A stretch of DNA of 42,877 nt. Origin: a virus. Position numbers and translations under genes: made by a program. The notes under the pieces were generated by a model. The model saw only the letters and a program-made list of their open reading frames with translations. It was not told the DNA's origin and ran no database searches. The stretch covers positions 1-42,877 of the IMG/VR virus record IMGVR_UViG_3300029702_000014. One strand, 5' to 3'. Position 1 is the first letter of the stretch. Each line of letters begins with the position of its first letter. Shown here in pieces: positions 21,761 to 30,969 of this stretch.

Positions 21761-22300
21761 ATTGGCCGAAAAGGTAAATTCGAGCAGTGGTTAGAACCGG
21801 AAGGGCTAACGCTGCTTCGCGGTTGGGCAATGGATGGCCTGAAAGACAAGCAGATTGCCGGGAATATGGGAATTTCAGTATCCACTCTCTGCGAATGGAA
21901 AAACAAATTTTCCGAATTATCGGAAGCTTTAAAAAAAGGCCGAGAAGTTGCGGACTACATTGTGGAGAATGAGCTGTTCGAAAGCTGCAAGACCCGCACC
22001 GTAACCGTAAAAAAGCCCATCAAACTGAAAAAGGTCATGGTGGATGGAAAAAAGCGGCTTGAAGAAGAACGCATCGAGTATGCAGAGGAACAGGTCGTCG
22101 TTCCAGCCAACGTGACGGCTCAGATATTCTGGTTGAAAAACCGGCGGCCTGAAAAGTGGGCAGGTGTGCCGGAAGAAACGAGGGCAGAGGAGCATGACGA
22201 CGATGGCCTGCTTGAGGCCCTGAATGCTGCCGCAGACATCAGCCCGCCGGATGACGTGGAGATGCTGCCGGAGGAAGAAGACGACCATGTGGAAAAGTAA
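21761..22300 (+). CDS. terS: Terminase small subunit. The start is probably ATT 21761; the first ATG is at 21830.
   Basis: The frame is open from 21755. RBS AGAGGTG lies 7 nt before ATT. The upstream in-frame residues GRKGKFEQWLEPEGLTLLRGWA continue the HTH DGLKDKQIAGNMGISVSTLCEWKNKF. Confidence 0.65.
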   Translation: MGRKGKFEQWLEPEGLTLLRGWAMDGLKDKQIAGNMGISVSTLCEWKNKFSELSEALKKGREVADYIVENELFESCKTRTVTVKKPIKLKKVMVDGKKRLEEERIEYAEEQVVVPANVTAQIFWLKNRRPEKWAGVPEETRAEEHDDDGLLEALNAAADISPPDDVEMLPEEEDDHVEK

Positions 22301-23534
22301 CGGTTTTCGCTGGAAAGCCCTCAGCCAGCGGCAAAAGCAGGTCTTGAGCTGGTGGACACCGCAGAGCGCATACAGCGGCTACAACGGCATCATTGCCGAT
22401 GGAGCTATCCGATCGGGCAAGACCTTTGCCATGAGCTTTTCTTTTGTACAGTGGGCTATGACCTGCTACAGCGGCCAGCAGTTTGCCATGTGCGGCAAGA
22501 CCATTGCCAGCTTCCGGCGCAACGTGCTGGGGACGCTCAAGCAGCAGCTTGCAGCCCGTGGTTACAACGTCAAGGAGCACCGGGCGGAAAACTGCATGAC
22601 CGTCAGCAAGGGCAGCAAAGTTAACGAGTTTTACTTTTTCGGCGGCAAGGATGAGAGCAGCCAAGACCTGATCCAGGGCATCACCCTTGCCGGGGCATTC
22701 TTCGACGAGGTGGCCCTGATGCCGCAAAGCTTCGTCAATCAGGCCACAGCCCGATGCTCTGTCACCGGGTCAAAGTTCTGGTTCAACTGCAACCCGGGCA
22801 GCCCGCAGCACTGGTTTTATCTCGAGTGGGTGCGGAAATGCCGTTCCCGCAAGATGATGTATCTCCATTTCACGATGGACGACAACCTGTCGCTTTCCGA
22901 GGACATCAAGGCCAGATACCGCAGCCAGTACAGCGGCGTTTTCTATCAGCGCTACATTCTGGGCCTGTGGACGGTGGCTGAGGGCCTTGTATATGACATG
23001 TTCGACCGCAAAAAGCACGTCGTTGACGAGTTGCCGGAGCTTTCGCCAAAGAGCGCCTATGTGGCGTGCGACTTTGGAACCCAGAACGCAACGACCTTTT
23101 TGCTGTTCCAAAAGCAGGCAGATGCAGACTGCTGGATCGTCACCCGGGAGTACTACTACAGCGGCCGCGAACAGAAGCGGCAAAAGACCGTGGGCGAGTA
23201 TGTTGCAGACCTCAAGGCATGGCTGAATGGTCTCAAGCCGGAGAGGATCATTGTGGACCCGTCGGCCCTGCCGCTGATCACAGAGTTGCGAAAGAACGGC
23301 TTTACCCAGACGCCCGCAAACAATGATGTCCTGAGCGGCATTCTGGACGTACAGACCATGCTGCAGACCGGGCGGCTGAAAATATACAAGGACTGCAAGC
23401 ACACGCTGGAAGAGTTTGGCGTGTACGCTTGGGACCCAGACAAAGACGACACCGTGCTGAAGGTCAACGACCACTGCATGGACGCTATTCGATATTTTGT
23501 GCGCACGAAGCGCCTTGTAAAACTGAGGAATTGA
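22287..23534 (+). CDS. terL: Terminase large subunit (PBSX-like)
   Basis: Walker A DGAIRSGKT. 415 aa. Positioned between terS and the portal gene. Confidence 0.9.
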   Translation: MWKSNGFRWKALSQRQKQVLSWWTPQSAYSGYNGIIADGAIRSGKTFAMSFSFVQWAMTCYSGQQFAMCGKTIASFRRNVLGTLKQQLAARGYNVKEHRAENCMTVSKGSKVNEFYFFGGKDESSQDLIQGITLAGAFFDEVALMPQSFVNQATARCSVTGSKFWFNCNPGSPQHWFYLEWVRKCRSRKMMYLHFTMDDNLSLSEDIKARYRSQYSGVFYQRYILGLWTVAEGLVYDMFDRKKHVVDELPELSPKSAYVACDFGTQNATTFLLFQKQADADCWIVTREYYYSGREQKRQKTVGEYVADLKAWLNGLKPERIIVDPSALPLITELRKNGFTQTPANNDVLSGILDVQTMLQTGRLKIYKDCKHTLEEFGVYAWDPDKDDTVLKVNDHCMDAIRYFVRTKRLVKLRN

Positions 23535-23536
23535 TT

Positions 23537-24928
23537 TTGAGCACTGTATACACATTCCAGACTTTTCAGCAGGCGCAAGCCGCCGGGGAACAGCCTGATT
23601 TCATCCGGCGGTTCGTGCAGCAGCACTGCACTTCCGGCCCCTACAAGATGGCGCTGGATGCCGACCTGTACGACGCACAGAAAAACCCGGGGGCTGAACG
23701 CTTTGCGCAGGCTTACGCTTTGATGCTGAAGCGCCTATCCAAAAACACCAAGCAGGACACCCCACACCCCGATATGGTCAAGAGCAATCTTTTCCGGCGG
23801 CTCAACAAGCAGCGGGCAACCTACTCCCTCGGCAACGGCGTGGTCTTTGCAAACGATGGCGTGGACAAGGATAGGTTGGGGCAGAACTTTGACGAGCAGA
23901 TCCAGAAGGCCGGATATTTCGCCCTGATCCACGGTGAGAGCTTCGGATTCTGGAACAACGACCATCTGGTGGTTTTCAAGCTGACCGAGTTCGCGCCCCT
24001 GTACGATGAAAAGACAGGCCTTTTGCAGGCGGGCGTGCGCTTCTGGCGGCTGAACCCGGACACGGATATGCACTATATCCTGTACGAGCTGGACGGCTTC
24101 ACTGAGTACACGGAAAGCAAAATCGGAAGCACGATGCAGGAGACCGTGCCGAAGCAGGCATACAAGAGCGTGACCGTCACCACACCCGGCGGCGGGCTGG
24201 AAAGCGTAGAAGGAGAAAACTACAGCGCACTTCCCATTGTGCCGCTGTGGGGCTCAGACCTGCATCAGAGCACACTTGTTGGGCTGAAAGCCTACATTGA
24301 CAACACCGATCTTGTGATGTCCGGCTTCTGCAATGACTTGCAGGACTTTTCGCAGATCTACTGGCTGTGCGAGAACTTCAACGGCATGACCGATGACGAG
24401 CTGCAGGAGTTCCTTGTCAAGCTGAATCTGTACCACATTGCAGGCGCAGACACCAGCGAGGGCGGCAAGATCACCCCCTACACCACCGAGATTCCCGTGA
24501 CGGCCCGGCAGGCTCTGTTGGAGCTGCTCCACACACGGGTGTATGAGGACTTCGGCGGTCTGGATGTGCATTGCGTCAGCGCGGACAGCACCAACGACCA
24601 TCTGGATGCAGCCTATGAACCGCTGAACCAGAACGCGGACGACTTTGAGGCTCAGGTCAAGCCGTTCATCCGGCAGATCTGCGCACTGGCTGGCTTTGAA
24701 AACGCTATGCCGGCATTCAACCGCAGCAAGATCACCAACACAGCCGAACAGGTCGCAACGGTAATCTCTGAGGCACCCATCATCGGGCAGGACATGGCCA
24801 TTGACCTGCTGCCCAACCTGACCCCGGAACAAAAGGAGCAGGCCAAGGCCGCGCTGATGGCTGAGAGCGCAACACGGGAGGCCGTGGACGAGGACGAGGA
24901 CGAGGAGGGCGGCGGTGATGAAACGTGA
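23537..24928 (+). CDS. Portal protein (SPP1 gp6-like by size and position)
   Basis: TTG start lies 7 nt after GAGGA. 463 aa. Acidic C-terminus. Directly follows terL. Confidence 0.8.
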   Translation: MSTVYTFQTFQQAQAAGEQPDFIRRFVQQHCTSGPYKMALDADLYDAQKNPGAERFAQAYALMLKRLSKNTKQDTPHPDMVKSNLFRRLNKQRATYSLGNGVVFANDGVDKDRLGQNFDEQIQKAGYFALIHGESFGFWNNDHLVVFKLTEFAPLYDEKTGLLQAGVRFWRLNPDTDMHYILYELDGFTEYTESKIGSTMQETVPKQAYKSVTVTTPGGGLESVEGENYSALPIVPLWGSDLHQSTLVGLKAYIDNTDLVMSGFCNDLQDFSQIYWLCENFNGMTDDELQEFLVKLNLYHIAGADTSEGGKITPYTTEIPVTARQALLELLHTRVYEDFGGLDVHCVSADSTNDHLDAAYEPLNQNADDFEAQVKPFIRQICALAGFENAMPAFNRSKITNTAEQVATVISEAPIIGQDMAIDLLPNLTPEQKEQAKAALMAESATREAVDEDEDEEGGGDET

Positions 24929-25950
24929 TTTCTGACCGTGACCGCATCTCTACCCGCCAACTGAACCGCCTGCGCCGCCGCATTTTGCGGGTGTACGGCA
25001 CTGCCCGCCGGGAGATGACCGAGCAGCTCACCGAGTTTCTGGCCAAGTACAAAGCGCTGGACGAGCGCAAGCGGGCGCAGCTGGACGCAGGCGAGATCAC
25101 CGAGGATGATTACCGCATTTGGTTGCAAAATCAGGTCTTTCAGTCCGATTTGATGCGCCAGAAGCTGGACGGCATGACCCAGACCTGCACCACAGCCCAA
25201 GAGACGGCCTACAAGCTAGCCCGGGATGAGCAATACAACATCTTTTCCTTTGGCGCAAACTGGACTTTCTACGAGCTGGAACAGGCCGCAGGCGTGACGT
25301 TCGGGCTGACCCTGTACAACACCGAAGCGGTCAAACTCCTGCTGAAAGAGAATCCCCGCATGGTGCCCAACAAGCGCATCAAGAGCGAGAGCAACCGCAC
25401 CTATGACGCCCGGGTGTTCAACCGCTACGTCATGCAGGGCATCATTCAGGGCAAGAGCGTCCACGACATCGCCGTGCAGGCCGTAAACGGGATGGCTGAT
25501 ACAGAGATCCACTGGGCCATGAGCAACGCCATCACAGCCCTTACCAGCGCCCAGAACGCCGGGGCTTTGCAGCAGATGCGCAACGCTCAAGCTTTGGGCA
25601 TCGAGGTCAAAAAGCGGTGGAACTCCGCCCACGACTACCGCACCCGTGAAATGCACCGCCTGCTAGACCAGCAGACGGCAGAGCTTGACGAGCCGTTCAA
25701 GGTCATGGGCTATGAGATTCAGCGCCCCGGCGACCCCAACGCCGCCCCGGAGATGGTCTACCACTGCCGATGTGTGCTGTCCTCTGCTCTGGGCAAGTAT
25801 CCCCGGCAGAACGCACGGCAACGGGACAATGTGACCAAAGAGACCACCCCCGTCATGGATTACACCGAGTGGTATAAATCCAAGGGCGGAAAAGAGAAAG
25901 AACAGATGTGGTGGGCAGAAGAGCGAAAGAGAAAGAAGGAAAAGCAATGA
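24925..25950 (+). CDS. Minor head protein, Mu F / SPP1 gp7-like
   Basis: Motifs RTREMHRLLDQQ...PGDPNAAPEMVYHCRC. Follows the portal gene. Confidence 0.8.
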   Translation: MISDRDRISTRQLNRLRRRILRVYGTARREMTEQLTEFLAKYKALDERKRAQLDAGEITEDDYRIWLQNQVFQSDLMRQKLDGMTQTCTTAQETAYKLARDEQYNIFSFGANWTFYELEQAAGVTFGLTLYNTEAVKLLLKENPRMVPNKRIKSESNRTYDARVFNRYVMQGIIQGKSVHDIAVQAVNGMADTEIHWAMSNAITALTSAQNAGALQQMRNAQALGIEVKKRWNSAHDYRTREMHRLLDQQTAELDEPFKVMGYEIQRPGDPNAAPEMVYHCRCVLSSALGKYPRQNARQRDNVTKETTPVMDYTEWYKSKGGKEKEQMWWAEERKRKKEKQ

Positions 25951-26204
25951 GTACAGCCAATTTTTCAAAACGCGAAGAATATGACCCTCTGAAGCAGGCT
26001 AGGGATTCCATCACAGCTGCCATGAATGCTTCAAAAGTTTCAAAAATACTCGGCATTCCGCTGCCAAAACCACTTGCGTGGCGCCATGTTGATGCTAGCG
26101 ATGCGCTTCAACCCGGCTGGTATGAGTGTCCTATATGTGGGTACAGGACACCTTGGCTGTTGGAAGCCTGCACCCTTTGCGATACACTGCTAGAATCAGA
26201 ATAA
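25947..26204 (+). CDS. 85-aa protein with a C-terminal zinc ribbon
   Basis: ATGA overlap with the previous gene. Sequence CPICGYRTPWLLEACTLC. Confidence 0.55.
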   Translation: MSTANFSKREEYDPLKQARDSITAAMNASKVSKILGIPLPKPLAWRHVDASDALQPGWYECPICGYRTPWLLEACTLCDTLLESE

Positions 26205-26235
26205 AAGTAAAGCTTGGATGGATGAACCGTGATAA

Positions 26236-26688
26236 ATGAAATTTGAATACAACATCAAATTCACCGACAACACCCCGCAGCTGCATGAAGCGCTGGACTC
26301 ATGGGCAGAGCGGGTGCTGACCCTCTGGGGCATGACGGTGCAGGACTACGCCCAGCTGCTTGTGCCTACTGGCACGGCAGACAGCACGGGCATTGAGGGC
26401 TACGTGGGCGGCGCGCTCAAGCAGAGCCTGACCTACGCCCTCGACCTCGCCAAAAAGACCGTGACCATCGGCAGCAACCTGTTTTACAGCGTCTATGTGG
26501 AGCTGGGCACGGGCATCTTTGCCGAGAAAGGCAACGGACGCAAAACGCCGTGGGTCTGGAAAGACTTCAACGGCAAGTGGCACTTTACCCGGGGCATGGC
26601 CCCTCGCCCATTCCTCCGCCCGGCGGTGGAGAATCACATTGACGAGCTGCGAGAGATTGCAGTGGAAGAAGGAAACCGGGAAAACTAA
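26236..26688 (+). CDS. HK97 gp10-like head-tail component, located ahead of the scaffold and capsid genes
   Basis: Motifs GGALKQSL...YSVYVELGTG...RPFLRPA are typical of the gp10 family. Confidence 0.6.
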   Translation: MKFEYNIKFTDNTPQLHEALDSWAERVLTLWGMTVQDYAQLLVPTGTADSTGIEGYVGGALKQSLTYALDLAKKTVTIGSNLFYSVYVELGTGIFAEKGNGRKTPWVWKDFNGKWHFTRGMAPRPFLRPAVENHIDELREIAVEEGNREN

Positions 26689-26695
26689 ATACTCA

Positions 26696-26726
26696 GCGGT
26701 TGGCGCACAGCGTCAGCCGCTTTTTA
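26696..26726 (+). terminator. Intrinsic terminator
   Basis: 10-bp stem GCGGTTGGCG / CGTCAGCCGC (two G-U pairs), loop CACAG, then TTTTTA. Confidence 0.6.
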
Positions 26727-26727
26727 T

Positions 26728-26804
26728 GCCGTTTTAGCTCAGTCTGGCAGAGCACCGGACTTTTAATCCGGGGGCCGTGGGTTCAAGACCCACAAGCGGC
26801 ACCA
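26728..26804 (+). tRNA. trnK: tRNA-Lys (anticodon TTT), CCA encoded
   Basis: Manual cloverleaf: acceptor GCCGTTT / AAGCGGC, D arm GCTC...GAGC, anticodon arm CCGGA-CTTTTAA-TCCGG, T arm GTGGG-TTCAAGA-CCCAC. Confidence 0.9.
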
Positions 26805-26879
26805 CACCGGCAGCACGTCCGGCAAATAAACCTTATTGCCAAGCATGGCAGCCCGAGCAAGGGCAGAAAGGACTATCAC

Positions 26880-27470
26880 ATGGCACTCAAAAGAGCTGAC
26901 ATCCGCACGATTCTGGAGAATCCCGAAACCTCCAACGATGACAAGGCCAAGGCCATTCTGGACGCCCTGCACAAGGAGACAGACGAACTCAAAGACCAGC
27001 TGGATGCAGAAAAAACAGCCCGCACACAGGCCGAGAAAGACCGGGATGCAGCCAACGGCGGCAAGGAAGCCGCAGAAAAGGCGCTGACCGAATACAAGGC
27101 CCAGCAGACAGCAGCGGCCAGCAAGGCGGCCAAGACCGCTGCATTTAAGCAGCTGCTCAAGCAGGCGGGCGTGCTGGAAAAGTACATCGACGACATTGCC
27201 GACGACTCCAAGAAGGGCGACGAATTTGCCGCCGGTCTGGAACTGGACGCCGACGGCAAGGTGAAAGACGCCGAAAAGCAGCTTTCCAGCATCAAAACCA
27301 CATGGGGCGGCAAAATCGCCACCACCAAAACCACCGGCGCAAAGGTGGACAATCCGCCCACCAGTTACGCCGGGACTTCTCCCGAGGATTTCAAAAAGAT
27401 GAGCCTTGATGACCGCATCAAGCTCAAGAACAGCAACCCCGAGCTGTACCAGCAACTCCGGGCAAAGTAA
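26880..27470 (+). CDS. Scaffolding protein
   Basis: 196 aa, highly charged, Ala/Lys/Glu-rich and helical. Immediately upstream of the capsid gene. Confidence 0.7.
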   Translation: MALKRADIRTILENPETSNDDKAKAILDALHKETDELKDQLDAEKTARTQAEKDRDAANGGKEAAEKALTEYKAQQTAAASKAAKTAAFKQLLKQAGVLEKYIDDIADDSKKGDEFAAGLELDADGKVKDAEKQLSSIKTTWGGKIATTKTTGAKVDNPPTSYAGTSPEDFKKMSLDDRIKLKNSNPELYQQLRAK

Positions 27471-27487
27471 GAAAGTGAGGCTATTAT

Positions 27488-28513
27488 ATGGCACAGACTG
27501 GCACTTTTGGCGGCTTCGACTTTGACGTTGAGGTGTTCGGCGACTACATGGCCGAGCAGAACACCATCGACACCAGCATCGAGGCTTCCGGCATCATCAA
27601 GGACGACCCCTCTATCATGGGCCTGATCGGCGAAAAAGGCAACGTTGCAACCCTCCCGTTCTATACCGAGCTGGACGCCACGGCGGATAAGCCCCTGAAC
27701 AACGACGGCAAGACCAACAACACCCCCACTGAGGTCACTGGCAACAAGCAGACCACCATGCTCATCCAGCGCATGAAGGCATGGAAAGCTCAGGACTTCA
27801 CCAAAGAGCTGACTGGCGCAGTCCCGATGCAGCACATCGCAAATCAGGTCACACACTACTATCAGCAGGTCTGGCAGAATGTGCTTATGACCATCACGGA
27901 CGCTGTGCTGTCTACCACCGATCTCAAGAAGCACATCTACGACATCACCAAGGTGGACGATGGCAAAGTTACGCCGGAATCCCTGATCTATGCGCAGGAG
28001 GCCGCTTTCGGCGACCACGCAATGAGCGGGGGCCTGCTCATCATGCATTCCACTGTCTTTGCAAAGTATCAGGCAGCAAATCTCGTCGAGTTTGAAAAGT
28101 ACACCACTCCGGGCGCTCTGTCTCAGGCTTCTCCGCTGGCACGCATCGGTGGGATGGTCGTGATCGTAAACAACGCCTTCACCTCCACATCCATCACCGA
28201 TGCTTCCATCAACGGCGGCAAGGCCACGACTGCATACAAGACCTATGTTCTGGGTGAAGGCTCTTTTGTGGGCTGCCGTAAGACCAACTACGAGAAGCCC
28301 TACTACACCGACTACGACCCCGAGAGCAAGGCCGGTATTCAGAAGCTGTACACCAAAGAAGGCCGTGTCATTCACCCCAACGGCATGAGCTTCAAGGTGG
28401 ACAACGTTGCCGAAGCTTCCCCCAACGACACCGAGCTGAGTGCAAAGGCCAACTGGGAACGCCGCATGAAGCTGGAGAACATCCGCATCGGCCAGATGCT
28501 TTCTCTGGGCTAA
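27488..28513 (+). CDS. Major capsid protein
   Basis: RBS AAGTGAGG. 341 aa. Position after the scaffold gene. No motif-level family assignment made. Confidence 0.8.
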   Translation: MAQTGTFGGFDFDVEVFGDYMAEQNTIDTSIEASGIIKDDPSIMGLIGEKGNVATLPFYTELDATADKPLNNDGKTNNTPTEVTGNKQTTMLIQRMKAWKAQDFTKELTGAVPMQHIANQVTHYYQQVWQNVLMTITDAVLSTTDLKKHIYDITKVDDGKVTPESLIYAQEAAFGDHAMSGGLLIMHSTVFAKYQAANLVEFEKYTTPGALSQASPLARIGGMVVIVNNAFTSTSITDASINGGKATTAYKTYVLGEGSFVGCRKTNYEKPYYTDYDPESKAGIQKLYTKEGRVIHPNGMSFKVDNVAEASPNDTELSAKANWERRMKLENIRIGQMLSLG

Positions 28514-28533
28514 AAATTCGGAGGTGACTTTGC

Positions 28534-28944
28534 ATGACCGTCCCAGAGCTGTGCGTTTACACGCACAATTTTTTTGACCGGGCAGACGACCCCATTGCCG
28601 GGGAGTTTGCCTTTGAGCCGGACACCGTGCCCGCCGGGGTAGTGCCGGGGCAGTATTTCCTTGTGTGCGGATCCATCTTCAATGACGGCGTGCACAAGGC
28701 CGGGGACGGCGATCTGACTGCCGAGACCTTCAACGGCACGGTGCAGCCCATGCGTGTGCCGCCTGACTTCGTGGCACTTGCTGAAAAAATCGACGCATAC
28801 GACAAGGCGCTCCCGTCCGGCGGCGTGTATGTGTCCCAGTCCTTTGCCGGGTGGTCTGGCACGATGGCCACAGGCACGGACGGGCTGCCCGCAGACGGCA
28901 AGAACCGCTATAAATCCGAAATCAATCAGTGGAGGAAGATGTGA
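28534..28944 (+). CDS. Head-tail connector candidate (hypothetical)
   Basis: RBS GGAGGTGA. Call is by position only. Confidence 0.5.
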   Translation: MTVPELCVYTHNFFDRADDPIAGEFAFEPDTVPAGVVPGQYFLVCGSIFNDGVHKAGDGDLTAETFNGTVQPMRVPPDFVALAEKIDAYDKALPSGGVYVSQSFAGWSGTMATGTDGLPADGKNRYKSEINQWRKM

Positions 28945-28945
28945 C

Positions 28946-29314
28946 ATGGTCAATCCGTTCGCTGCATCCACCGTGATGCAGGGCTTTACCAAAAAATACC
29001 GCTTTCAGACCCGCAGCTATGAGCCTGACGGCGTGGGCGGCTTTGTGTCCGGCTGGCAGGACGGCCCCGAGTTTGAGGCCGTGGAGCGCCACGACACCAC
29101 CGTGGAAGCACAGGTGGCAGAGCAGGCTGACACAGCATCCACCTATACCCTGCTGGTCAACACCGGTGTGCCGCTGGCTTTCCCAGACTACATCAAGCGG
29201 GTGAGCGACGGGCAGACCTTTCAGGTGACGAGCGCAGCCGATGAGGGCAGCGCTCCGGAAGAATCCGGCATGGGCCTGCGGGCCGTGAAGTGCAAAAAGG
29301 CGGTGCTGCCGTAA
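28946..29314 (+). CDS. Putative head closure / head-tail joining protein
   Basis: RBS GGAGGAAG lies 8 nt upstream. Call is by size and position. Confidence 0.5.
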   Translation: MVNPFAASTVMQGFTKKYRFQTRSYEPDGVGGFVSGWQDGPEFEAVERHDTTVEAQVAEQADTASTYTLLVNTGVPLAFPDYIKRVSDGQTFQVTSAADEGSAPEESGMGLRAVKCKKAVLP

Positions 29315-29691
29315 TGGGACCGTTTGAGAGTATCAACCGGGCGCTGAACGCCTTTTTTAATAGCTTCGGAATCCCCGGCTATCTGGAAGATAATATCCCT
29401 CCCGGCGCAGAACTGCCGTATCTGACCTATCAGCCGACAATTCCCGGCGGGTGGAACGAAACGGCATCCTTCCACGCCCGACTGTGGTACCCCAGCAAGG
29501 GCGGCAGAACCCCCATTCTGCAAACAGAAGATACGATCAGCGCGGCCCTCGAGGACAGCATAACGCTTTCCTGCGAGGGCGGCGCTATTCTTTTGCAAAA
29601 AGGCACCCCATGGGCACAGCCCCTCGACAACCCGCCTGAAGGGTATCTGTGCGAATATCTCAATTTTGAAATCACGCAATTTTGCGAGTAA
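29314..29691 (+). CDS. Putative tail completion/terminator protein (DUF3168-like)
   Basis: The ATG overlaps the previous TAA. N-terminal pattern INRALNAFFNSFGIPGYLEDNIPPGAELPYLTY. Confidence 0.5.
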   Translation: MGPFESINRALNAFFNSFGIPGYLEDNIPPGAELPYLTYQPTIPGGWNETASFHARLWYPSKGGRTPILQTEDTISAALEDSITLSCEGGAILLQKGTPWAQPLDNPPEGYLCEYLNFEITQFCE

Positions 29692-29699
29692 GGAGCAAT

Positions 29700-30275
29700 A
29701 TGGCAAGAAAATTTTCCAAAATTTCGCAGAAAGCGTTCGAATCCATGCAGTTCAACGCAGGCATCGTGGTCAACAAGTTTGATGTAACCGGCGAGACCGA
29801 AGTTCAGGACGCAGACATTATCACTGCCACGACCGGCGGCATCACCGCGACCTGCAAGGCGAACTTCACCGATCTTGGCGAAGACGTGGACAACGCCCAG
29901 AAGAACACCGCAGAGCTGATGCAGATCGAGAGCTACGACTGCACACTGGCTTTTACGGCCCTGAATGCCACAACGGACGTTATCAAGCTGGCGATGGGCG
30001 CTGCGGATGTGAGTGACAAGAAGGTCACGCCCCGCATGACGCTGGATCCCACCGCCAGCACCGGCGACTTCAAGGACATCTGGTGGGTTGGAGACACGCT
30101 GGATGGCGGTATGGTTGCAGTCCGGCTGATGAATGCACTGTCCACCGGCGGTTTGACCCTGAAGACGACCGACAAGGGCAAGGGCAACATTGCAGTCACC
30201 CTGACCGGCTGCCCCCGTCTGGGCAGCGACGTGGTGCCCATGGAGTGGTATTACAGCCCCAAGGCCGCAGCATAA
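29700..30275 (+). CDS. Major tail protein
   Basis: RBS AAGGAG. 191 aa. Directly upstream of the chaperone pair. Confidence 0.7.
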   Translation: MARKFSKISQKAFESMQFNAGIVVNKFDVTGETEVQDADIITATTGGITATCKANFTDLGEDVDNAQKNTAELMQIESYDCTLAFTALNATTDVIKLAMGAADVSDKKVTPRMTLDPTASTGDFKDIWWVGDTLDGGMVAVRLMNALSTGGLTLKTTDKGKGNIAVTLTGCPRLGSDVVPMEWYYSPKAAA

Positions 30276-30287
30276 GGAGGACATCGT

Positions 30288-30692
30288 ATGAAATTTTTGA
30301 CAGAGCTGCCCGATGAAGAGTTTCTCCGCCACTGCTGGCAGATCGCCGATGTGGCGGAGGAGGTCTTGGAAAAATCCAAGATCATGGAGCTACGCAAGGT
30401 TCTGCCGGTCCTGACCGGCGAGGAAACGCCGGAGGAGCTGGAACAGAAGAAGAAGGAGCAGGCAAAAAAGAACATCCAGGCTATGGCAAAAAGTTTGCTG
30501 TTCGACAATGCCGCTGCCACCGCAAAGCTGCTTCCGCTGCTCTATGAGCCGGACGTGGATGAAAACGGGGTGGTTGAAAATATCGGCCCGTTCAAGAAGA
30601 TGCGCGCGGTGAAAGAGCTGCTGAACAACGATGATGTGATGGATTTTTTGCTCTGGTGTCTGCCGTTGGTGCTGGCGGGTACAGACGCCTGA
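30288..30692 (+). CDS. Tail assembly chaperone (G-like)
   Basis: RBS AAGGAGGA. Positioned before the tape measure gene. Contains a slippery site near its end. Confidence 0.75.
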   Translation: MKFLTELPDEEFLRHCWQIADVAEEVLEKSKIMELRKVLPVLTGEETPEELEQKKKEQAKKNIQAMAKSLLFDNAAATAKLLPLLYEPDVDENGVVENIGPFKKMRAVKELLNNDDVMDFLLWCLPLVLAGTDA

Positions 30693-30958
30693 TTTCTTCC
30701 ATCAGCCCGGACGCGCTACGGCTGTTTGGCAGGCCGTACATTTTGCAGCACTGCCTGAACACTTTGCGGCAAGAGCGCATCACGCTTAGCTATCAGGCGT
30801 ACATGACGGACGCTCTGGCACACCTTATAGGCGCAGAAGAGCGGTGGTACGACATGGTGGCCGGGCTTGTGGAAAACCGCCCACAGCCGCCGCAGCCGTC
30901 CGCTGATGAAGTGATAGCACGCATTAAAAATGGCTTGAACGGGGGTGATGGAACCTGA
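30288..30958 (+). CDS. Tail assembly chaperone GT-like fusion, made by a -1 shift at 30644..30650
   Basis: The downstream ORF (track 30656..30958) is in the -1 frame and has no RBS of its own. Confidence 0.6.
30644..30650 (+). promoter_or_regulatory. -1 programmed frameshift heptamer T_TTT_TTG
   Basis: Zero-frame codons are GAT TTT TTG. The -1 frame is open from 30634 to the stop at 30956..30958. Confidence 0.65.
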
Positions 30959-30969
30959 AACTTTTTGAA

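Noticed and set aside
24925-25950. Polymorphic toxin domain fused to the MuF-like protein
   Set aside because: The protein ends about 60 residues after the PGDP...CRC MuF core, with only a Lys/Glu-rich tail. There is no extra C-terminal domain.
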